In this document: piece by piece, positions 1 through 14,755 of the stretch
How positions within the stretch are numbered: position 1 is the stretch's first letter
How the letters are laid out: every line of letters begins with the position of its first letter
Source of the DNA: Octopus vulgaris
Taxonomy: Eukaryota
DNA: 64,000 nucleotides
NCBI GenBank assembly: GCA_951406725.2
Contig: OX597824.1
Location: 78,120,001 to 78,184,000 of the forward strand
Direction of reading: 5' to 3'
Program-made: the position numbers and the translations under genes
Notes under the pieces: generated by a model
What the model was told of the DNA's origin: nothing
The model's input: the letters and a program-made list of their open reading frames with translations, nothing else
Database searches by the model: none

Positions 1-155
1 AAAAAACGAGAGGTTAACACTTGAACAGTTTTCTTTTGTTGTCTGTATGTCAAGCTCAATTTTTTTTTTCTCACAGCAAAATAAATAATAACGGACGGCT
101 GATTGTGAGAGCGCAGACATTTTCAGCTGCTAACATTTTGCATCGGAAAGGTTAA
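1..155. mobile_element. Possible right end of a piggyBac-like element
   Basis: Ends ...GCATCGGAAAGG|TTAA. The partner end would lie outside the window. Confidence 0.25.
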
Positions 156-724
156 ATTTTCATTTAACAAGTTATGAGAAAACCAAGAATACAATATATC
201 ACATGGAGTTACCGCAAAATAATAAGCGACAGAGCCTTAATCTGTTATAAGTGCCATGTGGAAGACATAAATAATTTCCCAAAGTAAATAACGATGTAGC
301 TAGATGCAATATTAGATTTAACGAAACTACTAACGTTGGTATGCATAGTGACCAATGAAGAAAGTAAATTGACTCGTGTTGAGCGTACAGCATCTCTTAT
401 GGGAGAAGATTATGTTGAAGATGGTGAAGTAAAGGTCCTTTATCTCTTACTTGTTTAATGATTGGACTATGACAGTGATGAAGCAATCGTTGAAGTGTGT
501 AGTTGAACAGATCGACCTCCAGTATTTATTTTTAAGTCAGATATTTACTCTATCGGCTCGGCCACTTCTGCCGAATCGCTAGCTTGAGGGGTTGTAAACA
601 AACCGATTTGTGAAGCAGTGATGGGGAACAAACAGAAATACACACACAAATGTATATATACATATGTATGTATATATATCTGTGTGTATATGCATACACA
701 CACACACATACATACATACATATA

Positions 725-1179
<455 letters not shown>

Positions 1180-1363
1180 CCGATGCGTGTCTCTGTTTCT
1201 CTTTCAAATCCGATTACAAGGATTTGGTCGACCCGGGATTTTAAGACGAAATCCCTACCCAAGATATATATATATGCAGTGAGGCTGAACTTGAAACATA
1301 TGGGTGAAAAACATGTCTCTTACCACACGCCCATTACCATATATTATTATTATTATTATTATT

Positions 1364-3540
1364 CTATGTTTGACTTTTGCTTTATATTTGTACAAGTTGG
1401 CTCTAAGTCTCACCCAGAGACCTCAAGAGACAACAGGGTTGGAAGTTCATGTTGTTGTTATGCCTAGTGTGCCATATATTTGGGGGGTGGGGATGTTGTA
1501 CTAATGAATGTCTAAAAAAAAAAAAAAAAAAAAAGGGGGGGGTCCTTTCTTTTAAACCGAAAATTATGTTTGTTTTAAACCTTGAGATTACATAGAGAGT
1601 ATTTTGCGTAGGATATGAGCAGTTCCCATGAGCACTATCTTTTGAACTTCTGCCATTTTTGGGTTTCCTGGTATCTGAGTTAGGTAGCTATCAGCCCCTT
1701 TTGCTATCATTCCCAGGGCACCTATGACAACAGGTATTGTTTTAGTCTTCAGCTTCCACATTTTGCTGATTTCTATTTCAAGATCTTTATATTTGCTCAG
1801 TTTTTGGTAGGTCTTGACAGATACGTTTATATCGATTGGGACAGTCATATCAATGAGGAGGCATGTTCTTTGTTTGAAGTCTTTCAATATGATGTCTGGC
1901 CTATTTGCATCTATCTTCCTGTCAGTTTGAATGGTGAAGTTCCAGAGGAGTGAGATGTGGTCATTTTCAAGCACTGGGGGTGGTTTGTGTTCCCACCAGT
2001 TTTTTTCATGGGGCAAATCCAGGTTTTTACAGATTACCCAGTGAATATATTGTGCAGCTCTATCGTGCCTGTTGAGATACTCTGTAGGCGCTAGAGGCTG
2101 CACTTGGAGACCACATGGTCAATGGTTTCATTTTGTTGCTTGCATACACGACACGTTGGACTGCTTCTGATCTTTAATATGTTGGCCTGGTAGTTTCTTG
2201 TTGGTAGGCATTGATCTTGAGCTGCTATGATAAACCCCTCTGTTTCAGATTTTAAGCCAGAGGCCATTAGCCATTGATGGGTCAGGGCTTTGTCGATATC
2301 TGCATTATTCGCTCTCTTTGGGTATTTGCCATAGAGAGGTTTTTCTTGCCATTTATTATTCAGAATATCTAAGGCCACAGTTTTGGCACGGGTTTTCATG
2401 CGCCTAGCTTTTTCTGTTCTTGTTTCTTGTATATCTATCTCTAATTCCGAAATTGGTTGTATTCGGAATTCACTTAGATATTCCTTTGCCTGTTTTGTGA
2501 CTGAGTATGATGCTTTCTTGTTTTCATGTTTTGAGACAAGTTTTAACATCCAGTCCTCAGAGTTTTTCAGGTAGGTATCTAGGCCAATTGTAGCAATCTT
2601 CATTGTTATTGCCAGTTGCAAAAGACCACGGCCTCCTCTTTTCTTGGCAGATAGAGTCGTTCTGTATCTGCCTTAGGGTGGTGCATTCTATGCATTGTCA
2701 ACAGTTTCCTTATTTTTTCTGTCGAGCTGACATATTTCAGTAATTGACCAGTTAACAATATTGAAACTGTAGGTCACGACTGGTATAGCTAATGCATTGA
2801 TCGCTTCGATCCTGTTTCTTGCATTCAGCTCTGTCTTGAGTATTGCTCTCACTCTTCGATAGCATTCTCTCCTGATCCTTTCCTTCATCTCTGAATGCCT
2901 TATTCCGTTCCCTTCAATTACCCCTAGGTACTTGTAGCTCTCCGCTGGGTCTAGTTCTTTTATGACATTCTGTTGGTCAAGGTTAACGTTAGATGTTTCT
3001 GTCATTTTTCCTTTGATAAAGGTAGCCTTTGCACATTTATCGAGGCCGAATTGCATTCTGATGTCGTCACTGAATTGTTTGACTATCGCTAGTAAGCCCT
3101 TGAGTTGTTGATCATTTTTTGCAAAAAGCTTTAAATCATCCATGTAAACGAGATGATTTATATTTTTATCAAACATTTTATACCCGTACTGCGCGTCATT
3201 GAGCAGCTTTGAGAGAGGTATTAAGGATAAACAAAAGAGGAGTGGTGACAGTGAGTCAACCTGGAAAATGCCACACGAAATTTTTACATCACCAGCATTT
3301 AGGGATTCACTGTCACTGTTCAGAGTTAGTGTGGTTCTCCATGATCTCATAATTACAGTCAAGAAGTTTCGCAGAGTTGGTGCTATCTTATACATTTCAA
3401 GGCATTTCCTAATCCAGCTATGTGGTAGGCTATCAAAAGCCTTTTTATAGTCTATCCAGGCTATTGATAAGTTTTTGTGTCGTTTGTGACAATCTTCTAA
3501 GATCATCTTATTGATGAGTAGTTGGTCTTTACAGCCGTAA
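1364..3540 (-). mobile_element. 5'-truncated, frameshifted R4/Dong-type non-LTR retrotransposon (RT, CCHC finger, restriction-like endonuclease)
   Basis: ORFs 2688-3506, 2091-2621 and 1588-2103 form one broken frame: RT motifs WIDYKKAFDS, GIFQVDSLSPLLF and YMDDLKL, then CRVCKQQNETIDHVVSKC, then RHD...RPDIILKD...LIDMTVP...K..KY. (ATT)n lies on both sides. Confidence 0.92.
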
Positions 3541-3554
3541 TTATTATTATTATT

Positions 3555-4007
3555 CAGTAGTTTTATTTTTATTTTTATAGCGTGCTTTCACTTCACTACC
3601 GAGCGCAGCTCTGTGTGCCTTGGGTATGTGCTGTGATTTGTTGTGATGCTCTGATGGTTATTGTATGGAAAGTGTTCTGCGTAGGATGTGGGCAGTGCCT
3701 AGTAGTGCAATTTTCTGTATGTTATATGTGTTTGTAAGTCCTGGTGTTTTTGTTATGTATTTGTCTGAATATTTTTTTATCATGCCTAATGCACCTACTA
3801 TGATAGGAATTGTTTCTGTTTTCAGATTCCACATTCTAGTTACCTCTATTTCCAGGTCTTTGTATTTTGAGAGTTTCTCCATTTCTTTTAGAGACACGTT
3901 GTCATCTGCCGGTATTGATACATCAATTAAAAAGCATTTTTTTCTTCATGATCTCTGACAACTATATCTGGTCTGTTGGCCTTAATTTCTCTATCTGTGT
4001 GTATCGG

Positions 4008-4010
<3 letters not shown>
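3555..4010 (-). mobile_element. 3' fragment of a second R4/Dong-type family (RLE domain and 3' UTR)
   Basis: Encodes KLSKYKDLEIEVTRMWNLKTETIPIIVGALG...GTAHILRRTLSIQ*. It is nearly identical to the 3' part of 38260-38910 and is flanked by (ATT)n. Confidence 0.9.
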
Positions 4011-4062
<52 letters not shown>

Positions 4063-6717
4063 TCAATATTATTGATATTCTTTTCATTTCATAGCCCAGT
4101 ATATTGCAGTTTTCGATCTATGCAGAAAATAATTAATGCATAATGACTGGTTGTCGCTATGTAGCACAATAAACCATTCCACTCACGTCATGACCATTCC
4201 GAATTTTGAATGATTATCAATTGTGACCTCCTTCTTGAAACATAAAGAATCATCTGAAAGTCATTTAGCTAGTATTTTTTGCAGGTTGAGTAACCACAAG
4301 GGGGCTCACTTGTTGAATCATGAGGGTTAGTTACAAAAGACCGTGTTTTAAGGAATGAACCAACTTGTTGCTTCTATATGGTTAAATAACCAGCTAGAAA
4401 TCGATGGAAATTGAAAGACCGTCGTATTTATATATGTATGTGTGTATGCGCTTGTGTTTGTGCGTGTGTGTGTATTTATGTGTATGTGTCTTTGTGTCTG
4501 TTTTTGTCCGCCGCCACCGCTTGACAACCGCTATTGGTGTGTTTACGTTCTCGTAATTTAGCAGTTCGGCAAAAGATACGATAGAATAAATACTAAGAGG
4601 AGCAGGAGCAGGAGAGGTAGGAGGAGGAGGAGCAGGAGGAGGAGCAGGAGCAGGAGGGGGAGAACAGTAATAGTTCCTTGTAACTATACGCGTAGCAGCT
4701 GTACTTTTGCCGTGTAATCGCTATCTGGCATTACATCTCTTAACAACAATGCCGTAACTATTGTCATTGTGTATATATACATATACATATGCATATATAT
4801 ATATATATATATTCTCAATGTGGAAAAATATTATATTTAACCGTTAGGAAGTGGGAAAAACTAATTTTTTCGTACAGAATTCTTTCATCTCGCTTCGTCA
4901 AAAGGGTTATATCCAATACATTACACTTCTCTTCCTTTCGGCAAAATATTTTTTCCGTGTTTTGCGAACATTACGCATATAATATGTGCTCGTGCAAACC
5001 ATCAAAATTTCCCTCCAAATCTTCTGTTTTAGTCTATTATATTTATTTTGGTTAGTTAATGATATTATCTGCTGTTTACGTTTTACTTCAGTTTTTGTTT
5101 TGACTGTTTTCTCGTCTCTGTTGTATTGTAGTATTTGTACCTCTGAGTCACAATTGCGTTTGAAGTCTTTCATTTATATTTGCGAATATAAATCTACAAA
5201 GAAAACGGCTGTATTGATTACAGGATGTATCTTATGTGCTTTCGTGTGGGTATCTCTGAATATCTCATTGATTGCTTCTATAGCATTCGCTTTCTTGTGT
5301 ATTGTTCTGGTCAATATGACACCAAAGAAGCTTAACTACTACAGAACATTGCGCCGTTCGTTTAGAACAATGCTCTTCATTGGTCTTTATTATATACATG
5401 CTCCTGCTAGTTGGTGCCTACATTATTTTTAAGTTACTCCTTTCTTGAACCCCGTGACAGAATACAGATAGTTGATACGTAAATATGTGGAGTATATTTT
5501 TCAGTGTTAATATTCTCTCATCCAATATGGCGGCCAGCTGGCAAAATTTGAAACCAATATTTTCTGATCCAATTCGTCGAAGAATATCAGTAACCTATAT
5601 CTTGTAAGTAATATTTAATTTATTGTTAAGTTGGTGAGTTAGCTGAATCGTTACCGCACCGGCATTTTGTCTGCCTTTCCGTTCTGAGTTTAAATACTAC
5701 TGTGGTCGACTATGCCTTTCATCTTTTCGTGTTCGATAAAATAAGTACCAGTTGAGTACTGGGGTCGATGTAATTGACTTGCTCACTTCCTTGAAATTGC
5801 TGGCCTTGTGCAAAATTTGAAACCAATACGTAACATGTTGTTAACAATTATTACAGAGAATACGATTAATTAGAAGTAACTACGTCGTGAAGTAGTGAAG
5901 TTAGCGTTAACATATGTAATGTGAATTGCACAGAATAGTTAACAGCTACTAATTAGTTAATTATAAATATGTGGTGAAAGAGAGAGAGGGAGAGAGAGAG
6001 AGCGAGAGAGAGAGAGAGAGGGAGAGAGATTGGGTTAATCAAGGAAGTGGCGAAGCAGACAGATACTTAATTTAATTTTAACATAATTAATGTTATGTAA
6101 CGAATATTTAAATGACTAACTGGAAATAATTATGCGACGAGACGAAGAGATAAAGTTAGTATTAATATAATTAGTTTAAAGTTAGTAAATAACTATCTAG
6201 TAGTAATTATGTGCTAAAATGGATAGATAGTTAAATTAGTGACCAACAATCTAAATATAATTAATATTCAAACAGTTAATTAGAAATAACTATTTGACGA
6301 TGCACAGATAAACTTAGCGTTAACACAGTTAATGTAAGGGATATTAGATAACTATACAGAAATAATTACTTGGTGAAGCAGGGAGATAATTAAGTTAGTG
6401 TTAATTTATGTCTTGTAGGGTGTATTAAATAGCTAACGATAGATAACTACAAGGCGAGAGAGGGAGATAGGTAGCCCGGTTCTTTTTATCATATTCAATC
6501 AAAGACGCATTAAAAAGTTGACAAGAAATAAGAAGAAAAAACTGTATACTATGTTGAATTAACAGAAATGTATTTAATGCATGGAGCATAGAAGAGATAA
6601 CTAGACGCAATTAAGATGGGAATAGGTCACAAGGAAAGAACGTTGGGCGTATTTCACTGTTGTTCAACAGCTAAAGACAAACATCAATATAATAACACAA
6701 ATAATGGGATAAATATG

Positions 6718-7114
6718 TTTTCTACTCTAGGCACAAGGCCCGAAATTTTGGGGGAAGAGGCCAGTCGATTACATCGACCCCAGTACATAACTGGTACTTA
6801 ATTTATCGATTCCGAAAGGATGAAAGGCAAAGTAGACCTCAGCAGAATTTGAGCTCAGAACACAAAGACAGACGAAATACCTGTTTCTTTACAGCCCACA
6901 AGGGGCTACACACAGAGAGGACAAACAAGGACAGATAAACGGATTAAGTCGATTATATCGACCCCAGTGCGTAACTGGTACTTAATTTATCGACCCCGAA
7001 TGGATGAAAGGCAAAGTCGACCTCGGCGGAATTTGAACTAAGAACGTAACGGCAGATGAAATACGGCTACGCATTTCGCCCGGCGTGCTAACGTTTCTGC
7101 CAGCTCACCGCCTT
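6718..7114 (-). mobile_element. SINE family C with two body units
   Basis: Head GGCGGTGAGCTGGCAGAAACGTTAGC. TSD AAATAATGGGATAAATATG at 6699-6717 and 7115-7133. Confidence 0.85.
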
Positions 7115-7266
7115 AAATAATGGGATAAATATGGTGAAAATGAATTTAAGCTAATTATTAATTTCTACAACTTATATCGTCTTTTCTTTCACAGTAACTA
7201 TCATTTCTTTCACAGTGACTATCAATTACCGCTCGGTTTAAACTTTCATTCTCTAATTTTATATAC

Positions 7267-7328
<62 letters not shown>

Positions 7329-8176
7329 AAAAGAGAAAGAGAGAGAGAGCGTGTGTAACTATGTGTGTCTTTGTGTCTGTTTGTCCACCATCACCACTTG
7401 ACAGCAGGTGTTGGTGTGTTTACGCCCCCGGAGCTCAGCGGTTTTACAAAAGAGAATACAAAATAGAATAAGTACTACGCTTGAAAAGAATAAGTCCTTG
7501 AGTCCGATTTGTTTGCAAAGCTATGGGGACAACAGTTGTCAGGCGGTGGTGGTGGTGGTGGTGGTGGTCGTCGTCGTCGTCGTCATCGTGGGAGACCAAC
7601 CAAACACAAAGACATACACACATAGATACATTTTCACAAGAACACGCACACACACACACACGCACACACATATATGCGGCAGGCTTCTTTCAGTTTCCTT
7701 CAACCAAATTCACTCACGAGGCTTTAGTCGGCCCGAAGCTATAGTAGAAGACACTTGCACAAAGTGCCGTGCGGTAGGATTGAACGAGAAACCAAGTGAT
7801 CGGAAAGCCACGCTTGTACCAATTCTTGATGTCTGGCTTTTTCAATTCATGATTCTTTTCGTTATTGGTGTACCGGGGCGTACAATTTCTGCTCATTCCC
7901 CCCGATTTCAGTTAATGTGTACGAATGAAAATTTGTGGTTGTTGTCGTCTTCTAACTGTTATATTTAGCGTGCTGGTGTCACATGTAGCACCCGTAATTA
8001 TGTATATATATATATATATATACATATAGATGTAGGTATGTACATATATGTATGTATGCATATGTTTTATTTATTAAATTGTTATTATATGATTGAACGC
8101 ACGCGTCGTCTTCTTCCAAGCAAGTTTTATATATATATATTAATATAAATAGAGATAGATTGATAAATATAGATAT

Positions 8177-8245
<69 letters not shown>

Positions 8246-8934
8246 TATATATATATATATGCATGTATGTATATATTTATGTATGTATATGTTTTTATAT
8301 ACAGAGAGTGAGAGATAGGCAGAGATTAATATAAAAATATAATACAACTGTCCATTAATCAGCTATTTAAGAAATTTATGTCATCAGACAGACCTGAAGA
8401 TAATACGATTATAGTTTTTCAGACTATTAGCTTCGTCTTCAGAATTACAATATTTAATATTTTCATCTACACTGTCGAAAATATTAAGCACAACATTTCA
8501 AATGTCTTTGGATGTGGTAAATGGTCCGCAAACTTATAATCATTTTAACAATTCGTATCTTTCATTGAGATTTTACCTAGTGTTTTATTTAATTTATATC
8601 CTATTCAGGAAACTGTAAGATTTATTGTTCTCGTTTATCAAGTTAATTGTTATATTGAACATTTTAGTAACGATTTATAAAAAGAGTCATCATTTGGAGA
8701 CAGACAGAAAAGGAGGCATTTGTTATGTGGAAGTCTTCGAAAAACATCTGACGGCATTTTTTCTGCAATTTCGGATGAACCCACATCGCAGCAGGAGGCG
8801 CAACGAAGAGCAGCAACGTCAAATTTGATCCTTCACCAGAAGCAATACTGAAACAATTCCCGGATGCAGTACAGGCGGTGCACCAGCATGGCATCATCCT
8901 CTGGTTGAAATCCATAAAAGATAATATATATATA

Positions 8935-8995
<61 letters not shown>

Positions 8996-9047
8996 CGTAC
9001 GTATGTATGTATATGTATATATATTCACATATCTATCTATATGTGTG

Positions 9048-9091
<44 letters not shown>

Positions 9092-9126
9092 CATATATAT
9101 ATATATACATATATACATATATATAC

Positions 9127-9170
<44 letters not shown>

Positions 9171-9173
<3 letters not shown>

Positions 9174-9363
9174 GGAGTAAGCACATAAATGTGAAAGGTG
9201 GGAAAAAAGAGTACTCAAATACCAGAGGTACAGTAATATGGTTTATTTAAAAGCAGCAGAAATATAACAAAAGCTGTTACTCAGAGTTTCACGTTCCCGT
9301 TCGTCTATCCATCTACCTATCTGTCTCTCTGTCTGCTTGTCTGTTATATTTTTGCTACTTTTA

Positions 9364-9370
<7 letters not shown>
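9171..9370 (-). mobile_element. Penelope pLTR-like fold-back element with truncated HHR at 9274-9305
   Basis: Minus strand reads GACGA-ACG(GGAA)CGU-GAAAC-UCUGA-GUA-ACAG. Arms ~9243-9269 and ~9345-9370 are inverted, and the flanks are (TA)n. Confidence 0.65.
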
Positions 9371-9409
<39 letters not shown>

Positions 9410-9429
9410 CATACATAAACGTCAACATA

Positions 9430-9760
9430 ATGAATATTGGTCGAGCATTCTTGTCAAAGCTTCTCCCGATCACAAACGCCACAAACTGGATATCGTTATT
9501 TAGGACGGACAAAAAACGTATGTAGCGTCATAAAGTTCAGCTGCCCAGTTAATCTGAATGTCTTCGAAAATCAAAGAGGAAGTGAATATCTACGAACAAT
9601 ATCTTCACCCAGATTATAAATTCACATTTATATGAACATTGACTTGTGCTTCCCGTTTTAAAAGTAAATATCTAAATGACAATGTGGAGACATGTGAAAT
9701 CTCGTGTTGTTCTCTGCGTTCCAATGCTGGAGATTTGTATCTATGTTAGGGACCAACACC
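9430..9760 (+). mobile_element. Highly decayed RLE-type LINE fragment
   Basis: Broken frames give EYWSSILVKASPDHKRHKLDIVI* and CSVIKFSCPVNLNV, which resemble the RPDIVI...IEFSCP endonuclease region. Confidence 0.45.
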
Positions 9761-9764
9761 TACT

Positions 9765-10150
9765 TTTTACAAAGACATGGTTCTGGGTTCAGCCTCACTG
9801 CGTGGCATCTTGGACAAGTGTATTCTACTATAGCCTCGGGCCGACCAAATCCTTGTGAGTGGATTTGGTAGACGGAAACTGAAAGAAGCCCGTCGTATAT
9901 ATGTATATATGTAAGTGTGTGTATATGTTTGTTTGTCTGCGTTTGTCTACCCCCACCACCAACATTGCTTGACAACCGTTGCTGGTGTGTTTACGTCCCC
10001 GTAACTTAGCGGTTCGGCAAAAGAGAGACCGATAGAATAAGTACTAGGCTTACAAAGAATAAGTCCTGGCGTCGATTTGCTTGACTAAAGGCGGTGCTCC
10101 AGCATGGCCACAGTAAAATGACTGAAACAAGTTAAAGAGTTAAAGAGTAA
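9765..10150 (+). mobile_element. tRNA-derived SINE family A, with internal (TA)n(TG)n
   Basis: Matches the family consensus ...GGTTCAG.C.CACTGCGTGGCA...GACTGAAACAAGT, with an (AAAGAGT)-like tail. Confidence 0.85.
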
Positions 10151-10494
10151 ATTACAAATAGCAGAAAAGATACGTAACTTCCTGAGAAAGCAACAGGGAT
10201 ACAGAAATTCTGACGTGTGTTTTGCATTGCCAACCGATTCTTAACTTCAACATTGTGGAGTATGGTAATATGGAGTATAGTAACGCTGCTGGCAGGTTAC
10301 ATCATCACAGAAACTAATAAAGAATCGTAAGAATTCCACATACATCTAAAATCTGTCTCAATGCTTGATATTTATTGGAATTGTGTTTGCAGCTGCCGTA
10401 GATACAGGGTTCTGGATTGTACAATAAATATATCAACTAAAATTTTGTCTCTATCATGACACATTTTTATAATGCAGCATCTGTCTCTAATACA

Positions 10495-10495
10495 A

Positions 10496-10526
<31 letters not shown>

Positions 10527-10643
10527 TCTCTCTCTCTCTCTCTTACACCTCTCTCTCTTACACCTCTCTCTCTCTATCTCTCACTTTCTGTTTATTTATC
10601 TATCTATCTATATGTCTGTTTGTCTGTCTGCTTGTCTGTCTGA

Positions 10644-10700
<57 letters not shown>

Positions 10701-10790
10701 CATCTATTTATCTATCTATCTATCTATTTATCTATCTATCTATCCATCTATCTATCTATCTATCGATCTACTATATATCTGACTATCTAA

Positions 10791-10830
<40 letters not shown>

Positions 10831-10844
10831 ATATCCATCTATCC

Positions 10845-10938
<94 letters not shown>

Positions 10939-10947
10939 GTATCTATG

Positions 10948-11019
<72 letters not shown>

Positions 11020-11060
11020 AATCTACTATATATCTGACTATCTAACTATCTATCTATCAC
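10495..11060. repeat. (CT)n/(TCTA)n compound microsatellite
   Basis: Direct reading of the sequence. Confidence 0.95.
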
Positions 11061-11869
11061 TCTCTTTTCGCATTCTGAGATTGTTTCCAAGGTTTTTATC
11101 TAGTCAGTCTTCATTACCTTTTACTCTGGAAATACATTTTGATGAGATGAAATATAAAAAAAAAAAAAATCCTTTCATTTCTTGATTTTTTTTTTTTTCT
11201 TAGATTGTCAAGCCTATTGATAACCGTCTTGATAACTTTGAGATTAAAACTCTAAGAAACTTCAGCTCCTCCTTAAATATATTCTTGAACATGCATCAAG
11301 AATTTTTTTTTTTTTTTTTTTTTTTAGTTTTTCTTATTTTCCACATTTTATTTTGTTTTTATAAATTGAAGAAATAAACGAAACAGAAGAACCGAGTCGA
11401 CTTCTAGTTCAAAAGCAATGAAAACAATCTGAAAATTATTAACAAATTTTTTTTTTTCAATAATCCTATATCTCATTGTTTTGTTTGATTTTGTTTTGAT
11501 TTTCTTTTTTGTTTGCTTTTATTTTCTTTGCATTTACAGGATTTCAATTTATGAAGAATAATTAAAGAAAAGAAGAAGAGTTTACAATAAAACAAATCCT
11601 TTTTATTGCTATCTGAGAGAAAATATTTTGTAGTAAAAAAAAAGTTCGAACGTAAAGTAATAAATAGTATAAAACTAAAATATATAAATAAATAAATAAA
11701 TAAATAAATAAAATGCAGTTTTATGACCTAGCGATGATTTATCTATAGTTGTTGTTGTTGTTGTAGGCATCTATTTTATTAATTCCATTCCTTTGTAATA
11801 TGTAAAATGCATGTTATAATCATAGTAGAATAGACACCTGCACGCACGCACACACTCATACACAGACAT

Positions 11870-11932
<63 letters not shown>

Positions 11933-12002
11933 TACACACCTTTAAATATGAGTCTCTAAATATATATGCGAATATAAATGTCTGTACGCATATTTATGTA
12001 CG

Positions 12003-12033
<31 letters not shown>

Positions 12034-12176
12034 AGATATAGACATATATATATACGCATATATACATGAACATATATATGAATATATACACATATATACA
12101 CATGTATATACATATATACATGTATATATATATATATACATATGTACAAATGTATATATACACACACACACACTCG

Positions 12177-12222
<46 letters not shown>

Positions 12223-12250
12223 TAATACATATATATATATATATACTTAT

Positions 12251-12284
<34 letters not shown>

Positions 12285-12564
12285 GCTCATGCACACGCGC
12301 AGACCCACACATATATTTATGCACTTATAAATATGTCTGTATGTAGAAATATAATACGCATATATGAAAGTGTGCGTGTAAAAACAAAAACATATATACA
12401 TATGCCCCTATAATTGTGTGTGCATGTATATATGTGTGTGTGTGTATCTATGTGTGTATGTAGTGTACACTGAGACGTAGAATTACTTGGGTTGGGGTCA
12501 GAGAGTGCAGTAAGTCCATAGGGAATGAGAAAACTCTTGTCATTGCTAAAGCATCCCTTTAAAA

Positions 12565-12887
12565 CTTTGGTTCCCAACCGAGGCATATATGACTCCTGAG
12601 AGTCCTTATAAGATTTTTAGGGTTCCATGAAGCAACAATGCAAGTTGGGGGTCCACAATAGTATTTTAAGAGCCCATAAAAAGATTTTGCTTTAGATGTA
12701 TGTATTAGTATCTTTTGCAAGAAACAGCTAGGATAAATTCTCTAACATTTTACAAGTTCAACCTACAAAAGGTAATGCGTGAAAGGCACAATAGGAATTT
12801 TGAAAGAAGTATCTTTAAAATTAGTTTACAAGCATCAGGTTGCTAATAATCAAAGGGCCCATAGATAAATAATTTTTGAGACCCCTG
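12565..12887. mobile_element. Old hAT-like MITE
   Basis: Degenerate termini CTTTGGTTCCCAACC ... TTTTGAGACCCCTG resemble CAGTGGTTCCCAA-type hAT TIRs. No TSD is preserved. Confidence 0.45.
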
Positions 12888-13825
12888 CACTAGAAGAAGA
12901 GGAACACTTGTATAAAACCTGCTGCCCGACTGAGCTGAATATCTTATAGTCTGCTTGTCCCTAGGCTACGTGGTATCGTGGAGACGTGTGGTTTAGTTGT
13001 TAGGATGTTGGAATCATGATGGTAAGATTGTGGTTTCGATTCCTGGACCGGGTGATGTGTTGTGATCTTGAGAAAAACTTGTTTTTACGTTGCCGCAGCC
13101 AACTCAGCTGGCAAAAAAGGAATAATCCTGATATACAATAAGGCAGAGGTATAGTATACATATATGACCTTAACAATGAAGATGTAAGCAGTGATTTTTA
13201 ATGTTTCTGTTTGGTCCTCTTCATCAGATAATATGATGAAGGCAGGCAAGTCGAGACTTCGAACACACTATCAATCTTTTCCCTTATTTATATAGACACA
13301 CATACATACATACATACATACATACATACATACATACATACATACATACATACATACATACATACATACGTTTGGATTAGTTTAGGTTTTCAGAGAAAAA
13401 AATGAACTAGTTTATTCGACCATAACAATCTGTAGGTGGAACAGTGTAAATATGCAAGAATATTTTCAATTTTAAAATATTAATTATTGTTATCTAAATT
13501 CCAACGACAGAAATTTATATCTTTGTAAGAAACCAGCACTTTCCTGGGGCAGAGACTCCAAATAAGTAAAAATAGAAAAGAAAATCCATACATACACTCA
13601 CGCACGCACACACACACATACACGTACACGTACACACACAAACACACGTATATACATACATAAGTGCGCACATACAAACATATATACATACATATATGCA
13701 TACATACGTAGATTCATACGAACATACATACAAACATACGCAAATACATACATACACATATACATACATACCCATATACATACATACATACATACATACA
13801 TACATACATACATACATACATACAC

Positions 13826-13859
<34 letters not shown>

Positions 13860-14077
13860 TATATTCTTGATTTCTTGGTTGATATGAAAATAGGTTTTTC
13901 GAATAATGCGATTAAAATTTATTCCTGTAATTATGAAATCACAATTTACAAATCGTTACATTTTGTTAACAATTCTTAGCAAAATGGACTTACATCTCTT
14001 TCGACGATGAATATTCAGTCGGTCGAGTGGGTAACCTAACTCCTCAAGGGAGTAGCGCCTACGTGCTTAACTAGTTC

Positions 14078-14110
<33 letters not shown>

Positions 14111-14344
14111 TGCACTCACACAGAATTATATATATTCATATTTTTCTTTATATTAAGGTACAAGAAAAAACATTTTACCTTAAAATGAAGGATTGCTCAA
14201 AACTTTTTGTGCAGAACAAATGCATTATTCTTTAATATGAATTGTATTGACAGCGACTCCGAAACTTCGGAATTTTTGCCACCTAATCATCATCAGACTG
14301 TGCTACATTTGAGCGCATTTTGGCTTCATGCAGTCTTTCTTTCT

Positions 14345-14755
14345 CTTTTTTATTTTTATTTGTTTCAGTCATTTGATTGCGGCCATGCTGGAGCACCGCC
14401 TTTAGTCGAGCAAATCGACCCCAGGACTTATTCTTTGGAAGCCTAGTACTTACTCTATCAGTCTCTTATGCCGAACTGCTAAGTTACGGCGACATAAACA
14501 CACCACCATCAGTTGTCAAGTGATGTTGGGGAGGACAAACACAGACACACAAACATATACACACACATACATACACATATATATACATATATAAGACGGG
14601 CGTCTTTCAGTTTCCGTCTACCAAATCCATTCCCAAGGCTTTGGTCGGCCCGAGGCTATAGTAGAAGACACTTGCCCAAGGTGCAACGCAGTGGGAACGA
14701 ACCCGGAACCATGTGGCTGGTAAGCAAGCTATTTACCACACATTCATTCCTGCGC
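14345..14755 (-). mobile_element. SINE family A
   Basis: Full-length reverse-complement copy. Confidence 0.85.

Noticed and set aside
4789-5432. Overlapping 88-148 aa ORFs
   Set aside because: No recognisable motif; probably a decayed transposable element.
13195-13240. CUGAUGA...GAAAC on the minus strand, and a similar motif near 62545
   Set aside because: The stems do not pair convincingly, so these are too decayed to call ribozymes.
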